Assembly (NCBI RefSeq): GCF_001194135.2
Contig: NC_068987.1
Location: 51,246,900 to 51,310,899, forward strand
DNA length: 64,000 nt
From: Octopus bimaculoides
Taxonomy: Eukaryota
Direction of reading: 5' to 3'
The notes under the pieces are model-generated. The model did not search any database. It was not told the DNA's origin and was given only the letters and a program-made list of their open reading frames with translations. A program made the position numbers and the translations under genes. Positions 62,612-64,000 of this stretch are shown one piece after another; position 1 is the first letter of the stretch, and every line of letters starts with the position of its first letter.

Positions 62612-63515
62612 GGGCTGAGGATAACAACATACATTTTAATGCAAGTAAATTCCAGGCCTTAAGCTACTAGTTAAGCAATTCTCAGGAATCACGACATCAG
62701 TACGTTGGACCAAGTGGAGCAACGATCCCAGAATCAAATGCGGTGCGTGATCTTGGAATAGAAATGAGCAATAGTGCCTCATTTCACACACATATCAACA
62801 AAAATGGTAGCAGTATCCAGAAGACTGGCCGGTTGGATTCTGAGAACCTTCCGGACAAAGGGCCAAGAAACTATGATGACGCTCTGGAAGTCATTTATCC
62901 TCAGCCGACTGGACTACTGCTCTCAGCTATTGTCACCTTATACTACAAGGACGATAGCAGAGCTTGAAGCAGTCCAACCACATTACACAAAGAAAGTTGC
63001 ATCAATGGAACGACTGAGTTACTGGGACAGATTGAAAAAGCTACGACTCTATTCTCTGGAACGAAGGTGGGAGAAGCATGCAGTGATATATAAAAAATAC
63101 TGGAAGGACTGGTACCAAACTTTAGAATAAAGAGTTATACCGGACCACGAACACGACGTCATTGTGCTGTCTCCACTGTGCCGCCTGCTTCATTTCGGGC
63201 ACGGACGATGTATTGCAATAGCTTGGGCTCCAAGGGTCCACAGCTGTTTAATTGTCTGCCGAAGTATCTGAGGAGCCTCCATGGAGTGGATGTAGACGCT
63301 TTCAAACGTGAACTTGACCTCTGGCTCGACGAGATCCCAGATGAGTCAATATCTAGGCAAGAAACTCAAATGAGGGCAGTAACATCGAACTCCATCCTTT
63401 ACCGAAAGTCTCTCCGACAAAGGTGGAAAGTGGAAAGATGATAACAATGGCAGTGCTCCAGAATGGCCACAGTAATTGGACTGAAACTTATAAAAGAATA
63501 AAAAAGAATAAAACC
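62612..63515 (+). mobile_element. CR1-group LINE 3' portion with intact tail
   Basis: WAEDNNI.FN.SKF, VRDLG, WILRTF, LSRLDYCSQL.SP, LSYWDRLKKL.LYSLERR, GPQLFNCLP, FK..LD.WL..IPD; ends in a GGCAGTGCTCCAG tail and TAAAAGAA repeats. Confidence 0.9.
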
Positions 63516-64000
63516 ATATATAGTAAAAGAAAAAAATAATAATAAGGCAAAATGCTAAAACTGAAAGCATATTTCAATATAGATGTGTATAAGGAGGATT
63601 CAAAAGGATTTCTAAACGGCTTTCATTGCATGGCAAATTTTCAAGAAGAGGGAAAATGAAAATAATATTCTTTACAAAAAAAAACAATATATATAAAAAA
63701 ATAACTATACCAATACAATATATTGTCTTTGAGCTTTTAAAGTTCAATGATAATCCATGTAGATAATTGTTAGGAAGATTAGGATGAATGTATTTAAGAT
63801 TAGTGTTCTGTTTAAAAAAGCTGAATGCTTATGTGTCAAACAGGAAGTGTGGATAAGGGGAGACAATTCTGTGGGTTTTATACTCTTTAGTTGGACGTCT
63901 GGGCTCTTTGTTAAGAGGAAGTTTATGTCTGTTCTTAGAGAAACAAGAAGTAAAATTATATGTATTTCATTGGGTAGGCGAGAGAAGGGAATATGGCCAC

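Overview
AT-rich eukaryotic draft-assembly DNA with no confidently identifiable host gene. It has about two dozen N-gaps, most flanked by (TA)n or other microsatellites. The SINE families look like those I recognise from Octopus (coleoid cephalopod) genomes; the species assignment is inference. Nearly all recognisable sequence is decayed mobile DNA: three or more tRNA-derived SINE families, L1/Tx1-clade, RTE, CR1-type and R4/NeSL-type LINE remnants, Penelope-like elements, Tc1/mariner, a Chapaev3-type transposon, an LTR with primer-binding site, MITE-like foldbacks and many microsatellites. Most entries in the supplied ORF track are microsatellite or N-gap artefacts. Most interesting signals: (1) Tx1-like retroelements that carry ORF1 only (RRM-like region plus CCHC knuckle) and sit at a fixed nucleotide inside the tRNA-derived heads of abundant SINEs, with target-site duplications and tandem stacking; (2) four copies of a minimal type I hammerhead-ribozyme-like motif (variant core CCGATGA, palindromic stem III) in Penelope-like repeats; (3) four long inverted-repeat structures; (4) a CR1-type LINE whose 3' tail is shared with a SINE. 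A weak, phase-compatible chain of small minus-strand exons may mark a host gene but is unproven. 'SINE family 1/2' and 'Tx1 type A/B/C' are my own working labels.
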